A stretch of DNA of 23,548 nt. It comes from Bacteriovoracaceae bacterium (lineage in GTDB: Bacteria; Bdellovibrionota; Bacteriovoracia; Bacteriovoracales; Bacteriovoracaceae). Position 1 is the first letter of the stretch. Each line of letters opens with the position of its first letter. The DNA is taken from contig JBMYPC010000042.1 in NCBI GenBank assembly GCA_049599895.1, positions 1 through 23,548 of the forward strand. The letters run 5' to 3'. The notes under the pieces were generated by a model. That model was given only the letters and a program-made list of their open reading frames with translations, was not told where the DNA came from and did not search any database. Positions 15,527 through 23,548 of this stretch are shown here, piece after piece. The translations under genes and the position numbers were made by a program.

Positions 15527-16684
15527 CTAAACTTTTTTAAAAGCAGCCTCTAGATCATCAATCAAATCATTTAAGTCTTCAATTCCCACAGAGATTCGAA
15601 TGAGGTTGTCATGAATGCCAAGCTCCTCTCTTATTTTCTTCGGGACAGAAGCGTGAGTCATAATTGCAGGGTGCTCAATTAAACTCTCTACCCCTCCAAG
15701 ACTTTCAGCGAGAGCAAAAAGCTTCACTGATTGAAGAAACTTTTTACTTTTAGCAAGATTTCCTTTTAAGAAGAATGTAATCATTCCCCCAAAATCATTC
15801 ATCTGCTTTTTGGCAAGACGATGCTGTGGATGACTCTTAAGTCCTGGATAAACAACACTTTCAACTTTAGGATGTGACTCGAGATATTTCGCAATGGCCT
15901 TTGCATTTTCACAGTGTCTTTCCATTCGAACTTTGAAAGTCTTAAGACCTCGCAGGACTAACCAGGAGTCAAATGGAGCTTGTGAAGGACCAATCGAATT
16001 TTGAAGATAAAAAAGTTTCTCATTGGCCTTCTTGTCATTGTACATGATAGCCCCACCCACAACGTCTGAATGACCATTAAGGTACTTTGTTAGAGAATGG
16101 ACTACGAAATGAGCTCCTAGTTTAAGTGGACTCTGGCAATAAGGTGTCGCAAAAGTATTGTCGACAACAAGCTTTGCTTTTGTTGACTTTAAAAGTTCTG
16201 AAATCTTTTGGATGTCACTAATTTTAAGCATCGGGTTTGTTGGCGTTTCAAGCCAGACAAGGTCAGGCTTATGCTCTTTAAGAGCTTCTTTAACCACCTT
16301 GAGATCTGACGTATCGATAAAATGAAAGTTATGAGTTTCATTAAAGATAGTTGTAAAGAGCCTATAGGTTCCGCCATAAACATCATCACCACAAAGGATT
16401 GTTGAACCTTTAGGCATCATATGCATCAAAAGAGTGACTGCTGCCATTCCACTTGAGGTTGTTGTACAGTATTTCCCTTCTTCAAGTGAAGCGAGACATT
16501 CTTCAAGCCTTGTTCTAGTAGGGTTGTGAGAGCGAGTATACTCATAACCCTTATGTTTCCCAGGTGAAGATTGAACATAGGTTGAAGTTTGATGAATTGC
16601 TGGAATGATTGATCCGGTTGTTGGATCTGGTTCATTTCCGACGTGTATTGCTTTGGTTGAGATTCCCCATTTTTTGGTTTTCAT
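15527..16684 (-). CDS. Cystathionine gamma-lyase/gamma-synthase (PLP-dependent Cys/Met metabolism family)
   Basis: YEYTRSHNPTR, SSGMAA, DDVYGGTYR, ETPTNP, VDNTF, HSLTKYLNGHSDV (PLP Lys), AESLGGVESL, RISVGIE. Position after CBS favours gamma-lyase. Confidence 0.92.
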   Translation of the reverse strand: MKTKKWGISTKAIHVGNEPDPTTGSIIPAIHQTSTYVQSSPGKHKGYEYTRSHNPTRTRLEECLASLEEGKYCTTTSSGMAAVTLLMHMMPKGSTILCGDDVYGGTYRLFTTIFNETHNFHFIDTSDLKVVKEALKEHKPDLVWLETPTNPMLKISDIQKISELLKSTKAKLVVDNTFATPYCQSPLKLGAHFVVHSLTKYLNGHSDVVGGAIMYNDKKANEKLFYLQNSIGPSQAPFDSWLVLRGLKTFKVRMERHCENAKAIAKYLESHPKVESVVYPGLKSHPQHRLAKKQMNDFGGMITFFLKGNLAKSKKFLQSVKLFALAESLGGVESLIEHPAIMTHASVPKKIREELGIHDNLIRISVGIEDLNDLIDDLEAAFKKV

Positions 16685-16730
16685 AGTTGCTCCTTGGGAT
16701 TTGTTTATGCAGCGTTATTGTTTTTTAAGA

Positions 16731-16783
16731 CCGGGCGCTGACGCTTCCTAGTCGCCTGCGGCGCGTGAAGCCAGCGGCTTCAC
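16731..16783. repeat. GC-rich palindromic intergenic element (REP-like)
   Basis: 36 of 50 bases at 16731-16780 are G/C. Contains a perfect stem GTGAAGCC-AGC-GGCTTCAC (16765-16783) and a mini-hairpin CGCC-TGC-GGCG. Single copy in this window. Confidence 0.45.
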
Positions 16784-18162
16784 TGCTTTTCATTCTCCGC
16801 CGCAAAATGAAGAAGATCAATATCAGTTAAGACACTTTCAATTTTGTTATTATTCGTTACAACAACAAGCTTCTTTTGAAGAAGAGCATCTGTCACGCTG
16901 GCAATAAGTGCATCGTTTTCAATGATCACAAAGTCTTCCGTGTACGCAAGAGAGATTGAATCTGAAAGAGAATATTCTCCGTTATAGATCGGCTTTAAAA
17001 GAGCCTTTTCTGAAACGACTCCCTTAACTTGTCCATCTCTAGTGACAGGTATTTTAGAAATCCCTTTGTCTTCCATTAGTTTGATGGCATCACCGATAGT
17101 TTGTGTGTCTTCAAGTGTGAAAACTTCATTTGAAGTTTTGTTAAGGCTTTTGAGAATATCACTAATTTGTGCATTAAATGATGGCTCAAGGTAGCCATTG
17201 TCACTCATCCAATCGTCATTATAAATTTTTGTGGCATAACGATTTCCAGAGTCGTGAAGAAGAACAAGAATTTTCTTTGGCTCTTTAAGAGTTTCGGCAT
17301 AACGAATGGCCCCTAGAACTGCCGCTCCTGCTGAACCACCTGCATAGATCGCTTCTTGCTTAAGAAGTTTTCGAGTCATAAGAAAACTTTCTTTATCTCC
17401 GACCATGACAAAATCATCAATAACGTTAAAGTCATAGTTGCCGGGAATAAAGTCTTCCCCAATCCCTTCTAAGACGTATGGCTTAGCTTCAATTAATTCA
17501 CCTGTTTTTGAATAGTGAGTAATAATAGAGCCTTCACAATCAATACCAACGATCTTCACATCAGGTTTTTTCTCTTTGAAGTACATCCCACAGCCTGTGA
17601 TTGTTCCCCCTGTTCCCACACCGGCCATAAAGACATCAAAGTCTCCACTTGTTTGTTCATACATTTCGGGGGCCGTCCAAGTGTAATGAGTTTCCCGGTT
17701 ATTGAGATTGTCGTATTGATTCACATAAAAGGAATTTGGAATCGTTTCAGCCAGTCTTTTTGAAACAGAATAATAAGATCGTGGATCCTCTGGCTCAACG
17801 TTTGTAGGACAAACTACTACTTTGGCCCCAAAAGATCTCAGGTTATCGATTTTCTCTTTTGATTGTTTGTCATTAAGGACAAAGATACAGTTGTAACCAT
17901 TTACCGCTGCAAACATCGCAAGACCAACACCGGTATTCCCTGAAGTCCCTTCGATAATTGTTCCGCCTGGTTTTAGAGAGCCATCCTCAACAGCTTTCTT
18001 TAGCATGTAATACCCAATTCGATCTTTTGTTGAGCCGCCTGGGTTCATATACTCAAGTTTTACGTAGATCTCTGATTCAACATGGTTGGCAATTTTGTTA
18101 AGTTTTACAATAGGAGTTCCTCCAATTGCTTCTAAAACATTTGCTTTTGATCCTTTCATCAT
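16780..18162 (-). CDS. cbs: Cystathionine beta-synthase with C-terminal CBS domain pair
   Basis: KLEYMNPGGSTKDR (PLP Lys), EGTSGNTG, NQYDN, GVGTGGT, EGIG, DSGNRY..KIYNDDW, followed by about 130 aa of CBS-domain-like sequence. Confidence 0.9.
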   Translation of the reverse strand: MMKGSKANVLEAIGGTPIVKLNKIANHVESEIYVKLEYMNPGGSTKDRIGYYMLKKAVEDGSLKPGGTIIEGTSGNTGVGLAMFAAVNGYNCIFVLNDKQSKEKIDNLRSFGAKVVVCPTNVEPEDPRSYYSVSKRLAETIPNSFYVNQYDNLNNRETHYTWTAPEMYEQTSGDFDVFMAGVGTGGTITGCGMYFKEKKPDVKIVGIDCEGSIITHYSKTGELIEAKPYVLEGIGEDFIPGNYDFNVIDDFVMVGDKESFLMTRKLLKQEAIYAGGSAGAAVLGAIRYAETLKEPKKILVLLHDSGNRYATKIYNDDWMSDNGYLEPSFNAQISDILKSLNKTSNEVFTLEDTQTIGDAIKLMEDKGISKIPVTRDGQVKGVVSEKALLKPIYNGEYSLSDSISLAYTEDFVIIENDALIASVTDALLQKKLVVVTNNNKIESVLTDIDLLHFAAENEKQ

Positions 18163-18190
18163 AATTTTATCCTCACCTTAAAAATTATTC

Positions 18191-19429
18191 TTAAAGATTT
18201 TCTTTTTTCATTTCTTCGACTTCTTTAGCTGCTGCAAGAGTTGAAAGTCTTGCAACTAAAGAGTAAGCCGCCTCTTTTATTGTATGGTCTTGACCACCTT
18301 TTAATTCACTAATACAAAATTTTCGAAAGACCATCCCTTGGCTGTTAAGATTTGAGATATTGTCTTTTTTCGTATTGGTTCTCATAAAGCCACCAACACT
18401 TTTGCCTCCAACAAGATAGATGGCAATCTCTGCAGGCATGTTCTCATATTGAAGAATGGTCTCGATACCTTCCTGAATAATTACTGAGGTAAACTTGAGA
18501 GCATTCTTTCCGGCATTCATTTTATGTCGAGTCTTTTTATTCATATTCAAAATCTCTTCTTCATTTTTGGCCACCATAATCCCCATGCCATAAGTTCCTT
18601 GGGAAGCCTTTATAAAGAGAGTTGTTTCACTTGGAAGGTCTGCCCAGAGCTCTTTCGCTTCTGAGGCGATTTTTTCAAATCCAGACTTTTCAGTAAAGTT
18701 GATGTCATGGCCCATTCGAAACTTTGCTTGGAGAATATCTGGGTTTATACTGAATTTTTCCGAGAACTCATCCACAACTTCTTTATAGTGAAGAAAATGG
18801 GTGTGTTTCATTCGTTTGGTCCATCCCATGAGTGGTGAAGGGTGGACAGGAGTTTTAATTTCTGGCCAAGGAAGATTTAAAGGTGAAGACTGATCATTAT
18901 TAAGAACGACAAGATCAAATGTCTTTCCATCGATTGTAAATTCACCATCTTTTATATCAGTTAAATGAAGATCAATTGAAAGCTTGGAATGACTAATGAG
19001 TTCAAGATGAGATTGACTCGATTCAAATAGATCTTTATTTGGACTGCCGAAAGTCACATCAAAGCCTGCATCAGATAAGGCCTTTTTCAAAAAGACGAGA
19101 TGATCGAGATAGAATAAATTTTTTGTATGGGACTCAGGAATTAAAAGAATTGATTTGGTTTCTGGTTTTATTCTTTCAATGAAGTCTGAGAAGTTTTGAG
19201 ATGCACTATCAAGGTCAAGTTGGCAGACGTTATTAAATCCAGCGGGGTACAGGTTATTGTCAATTGGAGCTATTTTAGTCGCACTTTCTCTGATATCGAC
19301 ACTTGTATAGATTGGAGTATGTTCTAAAGGGAGTTTGTCATCAATGTATTGATTGAGAGATTTCCAATTGTCGCAAACAAATTGAAAGAAATCTTCTTTA
19401 GTTTTGATTTGATATTGTTTCTCACTCAT
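18191..19429 (-). CDS. gshA: Glutamate--cysteine ligase, divergent ATP-grasp type (Acidithiobacillus ferrooxidans-like GshA family)
   Basis: PIYTSVDIRES..KIAPIDNNLYPAGFNN, LIPESHTKNLFY, LNND, GW..RMK..HF, IKASQGTYGMGIM, IIQEGI, GGFMR, NLN..GM. ATG at 19429 lies 2 nt after the upstream stop. Confidence 0.88.
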   Translation of the reverse strand: MSEKQYQIKTKEDFFQFVCDNWKSLNQYIDDKLPLEHTPIYTSVDIRESATKIAPIDNNLYPAGFNNVCQLDLDSASQNFSDFIERIKPETKSILLIPESHTKNLFYLDHLVFLKKALSDAGFDVTFGSPNKDLFESSQSHLELISHSKLSIDLHLTDIKDGEFTIDGKTFDLVVLNNDQSSPLNLPWPEIKTPVHPSPLMGWTKRMKHTHFLHYKEVVDEFSEKFSINPDILQAKFRMGHDINFTEKSGFEKIASEAKELWADLPSETTLFIKASQGTYGMGIMVAKNEEEILNMNKKTRHKMNAGKNALKFTSVIIQEGIETILQYENMPAEIAIYLVGGKSVGGFMRTNTKKDNISNLNSQGMVFRKFCISELKGGQDHTIKEAAYSLVARLSTLAAAKEVEEMKKENL

Positions 19430-19431
19430 AA

Positions 19432-20481
19432 TTATTCCTGCTCCCATTGAGTTGAGAGTTCCTTAAGCTGTTCACTTAAACTAAAAGAAATAAACTCTTC
19501 AAAAACTTTAACTTTTGAAAAACTTTTACTCGCTTGTTCTGTAATCGTCGTTTCTTTGGAAAGAAGAACATCTTTTATTTGGGCAAGCTCACCGTTGTCA
19601 GTTGGTTGCCAGCTTTCAATTCCTTTTCTATTGGAACGGTTTAAGAGAAGAACTTGATTTTCACTTGAAAGCTTTTGAACCGTCGTTCGAAGAGATTGAG
19701 CCTCAAGAACTTTATTATGATCAACTGCCGTTACAAGAAAGAGATTGGCAATATTAGGGTCTTTGATTGTTTCTTGAAACTTCAAACTGTTTAAGAAGTT
19801 CTCTTTGTTCCTATAAAGAACTAAGACGGTATCAATAAAAAGATGAACAAAGTCAGCACCAGTTACTTTCTCAAGGTAACCAAGAAGCTTTTTGACTCCT
19901 GAAGAAACGATTCGAGTAATAAATTTTTTAGGTGTTGATAAAGTACTTCCTGTTTTCTTTCCAAGGTATTGAAAGATCTCTTCAAAGTTCTTATCAAAAA
20001 AGTCTTTGATTTTAGATGTGGCATTTAAAAAGTCGACAAAATGTTTTCCTGGAGGAGTATCGACGATAATACAATCAAATTGTTTCTTCGAAATTTGATA
20101 CTGAAGTTCCACAACGGCCATAATTTCATTAAGGCCACCATGCTGGGTTGATAAAGAAGAAAGGATGCTATTATTTTCAATTTCAGCTTCATCTTCTTCA
20201 TTTTCTTTCAAAGCTCTCGCTAAGGTATGAGAGGGAGTTAAAAGAAGACTGTAAAGTTCTCCCGATTTTTCAAATTGATTGAGATCAACCTTAGTGGCTT
20301 CCCCACGAGCATCATCAGAGATCCCAAGAAGTTGTTTCAGTCGAAGAGAGGGATCAATCGTAATCAAAAGAACTTTGTGACCTTCTGAAGCAAGGTAGAG
20401 GGCTCTTGAAGTCGCAAGAGTTGTTTTTCCAACACCACCTGTACCAAAGAAAATTTCAATAGGCTTCATTTCAAGCTTCAA
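19432..20481 (-). CDS. ArsA/Get3-family ATPase, subunit B (Rv3680-like)
   Basis: GTGGVGKTT, switch I LITIDPS, switch II VDTPPGKH. Start is TTG 20481 (good SD) or ATG 20469. Confidence 0.88.
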   Translation of the reverse strand: MKLEMKPIEIFFGTGGVGKTTLATSRALYLASEGHKVLLITIDPSLRLKQLLGISDDARGEATKVDLNQFEKSGELYSLLLTPSHTLARALKENEEDEAEIENNSILSSLSTQHGGLNEIMAVVELQYQISKKQFDCIIVDTPPGKHFVDFLNATSKIKDFFDKNFEEIFQYLGKKTGSTLSTPKKFITRIVSSGVKKLLGYLEKVTGADFVHLFIDTVLVLYRNKENFLNSLKFQETIKDPNIANLFLVTAVDHNKVLEAQSLRTTVQKLSSENQVLLLNRSNRKGIESWQPTDNGELAQIKDVLLSKETTITEQASKSFSKVKVFEEFISFSLSEQLKELSTQWEQE

Positions 20482-21280
20482 TAGCCTCTCCTTGTTGATT
20501 TAAAAGAGAGCTAAGTTTAGTCACTATTTCTTTTGGATCTTTCTTGGCAATAAAGGGAATTTGAATGTGAAGTTTGTCTTCAAAGCTTTTGGTCACTTCT
20601 TTTTGGTACTCAATTTTCTTTTTAAGAAACTCTGGAAGTGATTCAGAGCTTTCTTGAATTCCTGAGCTTAGAGAAAGGGCGTCATTTAATATGAAATAGC
20701 TTTTTTTATAGCCCATATTTCTAAGAGAAGACTCAAGTTCTTGCCCCTCTCCCAAAGAAAGCTCCGAGGGAAGAGAAATAATATGAAATTGAACCTTTGA
20801 TTCGTCGTAGAGGAATTGGTTAATTTTCACAATATCTTTAACGAGTGTGCCTTCTTTAAAAATTTTCTTAAAGACATTGGTTGAATCAAAAAGAGTGAGG
20901 GCGTGTCCTGTGGCAGGAGCATCAAGAACAATTTTAAGCTCAGGATCCTTTTCAAGCTCATCTAAAATGTGGCCAAGAACAATCATCATTCCAAGGCTTG
21001 GCAGGATATTAAAGAGGGCCTTAAAAAACTTGGCTTCACTAATCCATTTGGCAATCATTTCCGAGCCTAGTTTTCTTGCGATATAGGACTTCATAGAATG
21101 AGAAACTTCAAAATGTTTTGAGGGGATCGAAAGCTCTTCAAGTGTTTCTTTAGACTCTTGATCAAATAGATTAACGTAAAAAGTTCGATGACCTTTTTCT
21201 ATAAAATAGTTTGTAAGGGCCATGGCGTAGGTTGTTTTACCAACACCACCTTTACCCGTAACAACATGCAGCTTAGCCAT
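20471..21280 (-). CDS. ArsA/Get3-family ATPase, subunit A (Rv3679-like)
   Basis: VTGKGGVGKTT, LDAPATGH, SLPSELSLGE. Confidence 0.88.
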   Translation of the reverse strand: MAKLHVVTGKGGVGKTTYAMALTNYFIEKGHRTFYVNLFDQESKETLEELSIPSKHFEVSHSMKSYIARKLGSEMIAKWISEAKFFKALFNILPSLGMMIVLGHILDELEKDPELKIVLDAPATGHALTLFDSTNVFKKIFKEGTLVKDIVKINQFLYDESKVQFHIISLPSELSLGEGQELESSLRNMGYKKSYFILNDALSLSSGIQESSESLPEFLKKKIEYQKEVTKSFEDKLHIQIPFIAKKDPKEIVTKLSSLLNQQGEAIEA

Positions 21281-21322
21281 GAGATTTTACCTTATCGATA
21301 GGCTAATTTTCTAACTTATTTA

Positions 21323-21336
21323 TGGACATGTGTCCA
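21323..21336. promoter_or_regulatory. Perfect 14-bp dyad TGGACA-TG-TGTCCA upstream of the ArsA-gshA-cbs operon
   Basis: Read directly from the sequence. On the minus strand one arm doubles as a possible -35 (TGGACA-N17-TAGAAA). Confidence 0.4.
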
Positions 21337-21395
21337 ACGGAGAAGGCCCTGGATGTTGTGGATTTTAAAGAGAAAGCCGTCTGTTTAAGAGATGA

Positions 21396-22073
21396 CTAGA
21401 AGTTATAGAATGAAGTTAGAAGAAGCTTTGAATAAGAACCTTCGACTTCAGGACCAATGTCCTGTTTTACATCAAATGGGTTGTGATAATGAACGATAAG
21501 TCCAACTGAAACTTTTTTGGTTAGGGTGAGCTCTGCTCCTCCACCAAGGTTAATTCCAAAAGTCAGTTTTTCTTTTGAACTTGTAAGAGTTCCATCAAGG
21601 AATCTCTTAATCTTGGGCAGATAAAATCCAACTCCTGCAAAAGCATAAGGAGAGAAGTTATCAAACTGATAAGCTTTTCCTTTAATAGCAAAAGCGAGAC
21701 CAGTAATTGTTGTTTCAGTAGTTCTAAAGTCGTGTGAAGAGTGATGAAAATTTGCAAGAAAATCAAAGGAATGGCTGGCTTTAAAATTATAATAAAGTTC
21801 TCCAGTGATTTTATCTTCACCGTTGTCTTCAAAGTCTCCATTAAGGAAGGTTTGACCAACCCCAACACCAACAGAATGTGTTTTTATGCCACTGATCGTT
21901 CGAGCCGGAAGAGGCTTTCTTGAAAATGGATTGGCTTTTTTTGTTTGAGGCTTATTGGTTTTGTCTTTGGCTGCTTTTTCCTTCGCGCTTAAAGGTTGAA
22001 CTGACAAAAACAAAAAAGCCCCGATAACGTAAGTTATCGAGGCTCGAGTAAATTTTAGATTTTTTCTTTTCAC
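21396..22073 (-). CDS. Small outer-membrane beta-barrel protein (OmpA-TM/OmpW-like)
   Basis: Signal peptide, amphipathic strands, FSPYAFAGVGFY, FGINLGGGAEL and C-terminal YNF (BAM signal). Confidence 0.82.
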   Translation of the reverse strand: MKRKNLKFTRASITYVIGAFLFLSVQPLSAKEKAAKDKTNKPQTKKANPFSRKPLPARTISGIKTHSVGVGVGQTFLNGDFEDNGEDKITGELYYNFKASHSFDFLANFHHSSHDFRTTETTITGLAFAIKGKAYQFDNFSPYAFAGVGFYLPKIKRFLDGTLTSSKEKLTFGINLGGGAELTLTKKVSVGLIVHYHNPFDVKQDIGPEVEGSYSKLLLTSFYNF

Positions 22074-22093
22074 TCAATTATTAAACTAAAAAA

Positions 22094-22489
22094 TTAGTTT
22101 AAAGTCGAGGGAGTTTCAATAGTTTGTGTTTGAACAAACGCGTTAAACTCAGCTGCAGGTGCTTCTGCTTGTGGAGCAGGAGTTGCAAGCTCTGGATTTA
22201 ATTCAGCTTCAAGAGTTCTGATGTATCCAGTAAAAGTTCCTTCCTCAGATCTGATAACTCTTTTAAGAAGTTCAGTATCACCAGCTTTTGTTGACTTTTT
22301 CTCTTGGTCAAAAAGAAGTTGGATTTGAGTTGTGTAAGTAATGTCGTTCTTTGTTTTGTTATCAATAACTTGGATCTCATTACCTTCTCTAATGATTTGC
22401 GCAATTTCCTCAAGTGTTACATAACAGCTTTGATGCGTATCATAAAGTTTTCTGTTTTGATACCTTTTGATAATTCTAACATCGCTCAT
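22094..22489 (-). CDS. PhaR-type (PHB_acc_N) DNA-binding domain protein
   Basis: RIIKRYQNRKLYDTHQSCYVTLEEIAQIIREGNEIQVIDNKTKNDIT matches the PhaR N-terminal signature. SD GAGGGG upstream. Confidence 0.88.
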   Translation of the reverse strand: MSDVRIIKRYQNRKLYDTHQSCYVTLEEIAQIIREGNEIQVIDNKTKNDITYTTQIQLLFDQEKKSTKAGDTELLKRVIRSEEGTFTGYIRTLEAELNPELATPAPQAEAPAAEFNAFVQTQTIETPSTLN

Positions 22490-22958
22490 TTTTTTCCCCT
22501 CTGATAGTTTCTATATATAACTATTAGTTAGTATCAATGCTACTTGTCATATATCATTTAACGTCAAAATTTTAAGCAGTCTTGTACTTTTTACTCTGCA
22601 CACCACTAAATGCTTGAAGCCCCTATGGGCCGGTGCAGACTGAATAATGCCTTGCTTCGACACCTCGAGTTCTAGCAATTGGCTGCTCGCGATGTCAATA
22701 AGATTTGAGAAAAAAAGTTCACTTTAATTATTTTTTGACTCGAGATGTAAGAATGATGGGTTAACTATTCGATATTACGAAAAAACTGGCCAGAAACATT
22801 TTGCCTAGGGCCCTAAAAATCTCCAAATATTTTAAGAATTTGCTTCAGTTTTTCGATTATTTCTATTGAGCCGAACTGTGTTTAGCGACGTGAGATTCGC
22901 TACATCTTTTGGTGAAACAGTAGAGATCAATTTGTGAAAGTTGATCATAGGGTTGAGT

Positions 22959-23548
22959 ATGAGAAGTACTATATTGATGCTAGGTTTGCTCGGTTTTGTA
23001 GGTTGTTCAACGGTGGGCAAACACAAAGACTTTGAGAGTAAAAAACATGCGACAAAAAGGGCGGATGTTAAGAATCCTGCACAAGATGTACAAATTGACT
23101 TAACCCAAGCTGAGAACCAGCTAAAAGCTGCAGTTAAAGAAGCTCAAAAATCAGGTGAGAGCGCAGTTCAATTTCTTTCCAATGACTTATTTTTTAAAGC
23201 ACAGGACTCTTCACTAAGAGGTGATGTTGAAGTTGCTGAGCTTCTTTTTCGCTTTCTAATCGAACTCAATCCCGATGATGTTTATGTAAAGCAAAGACAT
23301 GCACTTGAACTCATAAGAACTGGAGAGCTTGATAAGGCCTTAGCAGAATTAATTGAGATTCAAAAAGTTTCTCCTGAAACTGAGATTGCTCTTATTATTG
23401 CGGGGATCTATACGTCACTTGAGAAAAAAGATGAAGCTCGCCAGGTTTATCTCGACGTTTTAAAAACTCATCCTAAGAATGAAGAGGCTTGTATCTTTCT
23501 TGCGAAGTCTCATGCCACAGAACAAAACTATAAAAAGGCCAATAAGCT
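22959..23548 (+). CDS. TPR-repeat lipoprotein (N-terminal part, runs off the window end)
   Basis: Not in the ORF track. MRSTILMLGLLGFVGC gives a lipobox. The frame is open to the edge with TPR-like helices (ALELIRTGELDKALAEL, IAGIYTSLEKKDEARQVYLDVLKTHPKNEEACIFLA). Confidence 0.85.
   Translation, partial: MRSTILMLGLLGFVGCSTVGKHKDFESKKHATKRADVKNPAQDVQIDLTQAENQLKAAVKEAQKSGESAVQFLSNDLFFKAQDSSLRGDVEVAELLFRFLIELNPDDVYVKQRHALELIRTGELDKALAELIEIQKVSPETEIALIIAGIYTSLEKKDEARQVYLDVLKTHPKNEEACIFLAKSHATEQNYKKANK

Noticed and set aside
16705..16782. TGA followed by a hairpin as a possible SECIS or read-through fusing cbs to the gamma-lyase
   Set aside because: Read-through meets a TAA after 24 codons, and the 95-nt gap is not a multiple of three, so no fusion results. 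The hairpin does not resemble a bacterial SECIS.
19432..21280. Arsenic resistance operon
   Set aside because: No arsB/acr3, arsC, arsD or arsR nearby, and the ATPases lack metalloid-binding Cys clusters.
21292..21318. Sigma28-like TAAG-N15-ATCGATAA upstream of the ArsA pair
   Set aside because: It would place the TSS about 5 nt from the ATG, and it overlaps the likely SD (TAAGGT).
22832..23026. 64-aa minus-strand ORF, and the other short nested ORFs in the track
   Set aside because: They overlap well-supported genes in other frames or strands (here the TPR lipoprotein start) and show no recognisable motifs.
1..23548. CRISPR array, tRNA/rRNA, IS element, prophage or known anti-phage defence genes
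   Set aside because: No spaced direct repeats, cloverleaf, transposase, integrase or defence-domain signatures were seen. The helicase is Suv3-type rather than a recognisable defence helicase.

Overview
AT-rich, gene-dense bacterial chromosomal segment. No rRNA, tRNA, CRISPR array or transposase is recognisable. The gene content (PhaR-like regulator, tandem ArsA pair, divergent GshA, HD-GYP, many Cys-rich exported orphans, sigma28-like promoters) suggests a Bacteriovorax/Halobacteriovorax-like predatory Bdellovibrionota, but this is inference only. From left to right: (1) minus-strand operon of MFS transporter, Lys1-type saccharopine dehydrogenase and a truncated exported protein, divergent from an M28 leucyl aminopeptidase; (2) plus-strand cluster of Suv3-like helicase, DUF455 ferritin-like protein, divergent ATP-grasp-like protein and an acidic membrane protein; (3) an HD-GYP phosphodiesterase with a sigma28-like promoter, divergent from a degenerate PP2C/SpoIIE-like protein, an exported protein and a cupin; (4) an accessory-looking block of two secreted orphans, a TetR regulator with no canonical start codon and a possible GNAT-fold protein; (5) a minus-strand run of PhaR-like regulator, outer-membrane beta-barrel, asymmetric ArsA/Get3 ATPase pair, gshA, cystathionine beta-synthase and cystathionine gamma-lyase; (6) a truncated TPR lipoprotein. 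The best candidates for an undescribed system are the Suv3/DUF455/ATP-grasp cluster, the ArsA pair coupled to thiol synthesis, and the TetR/sigma28-controlled secreted-protein module.
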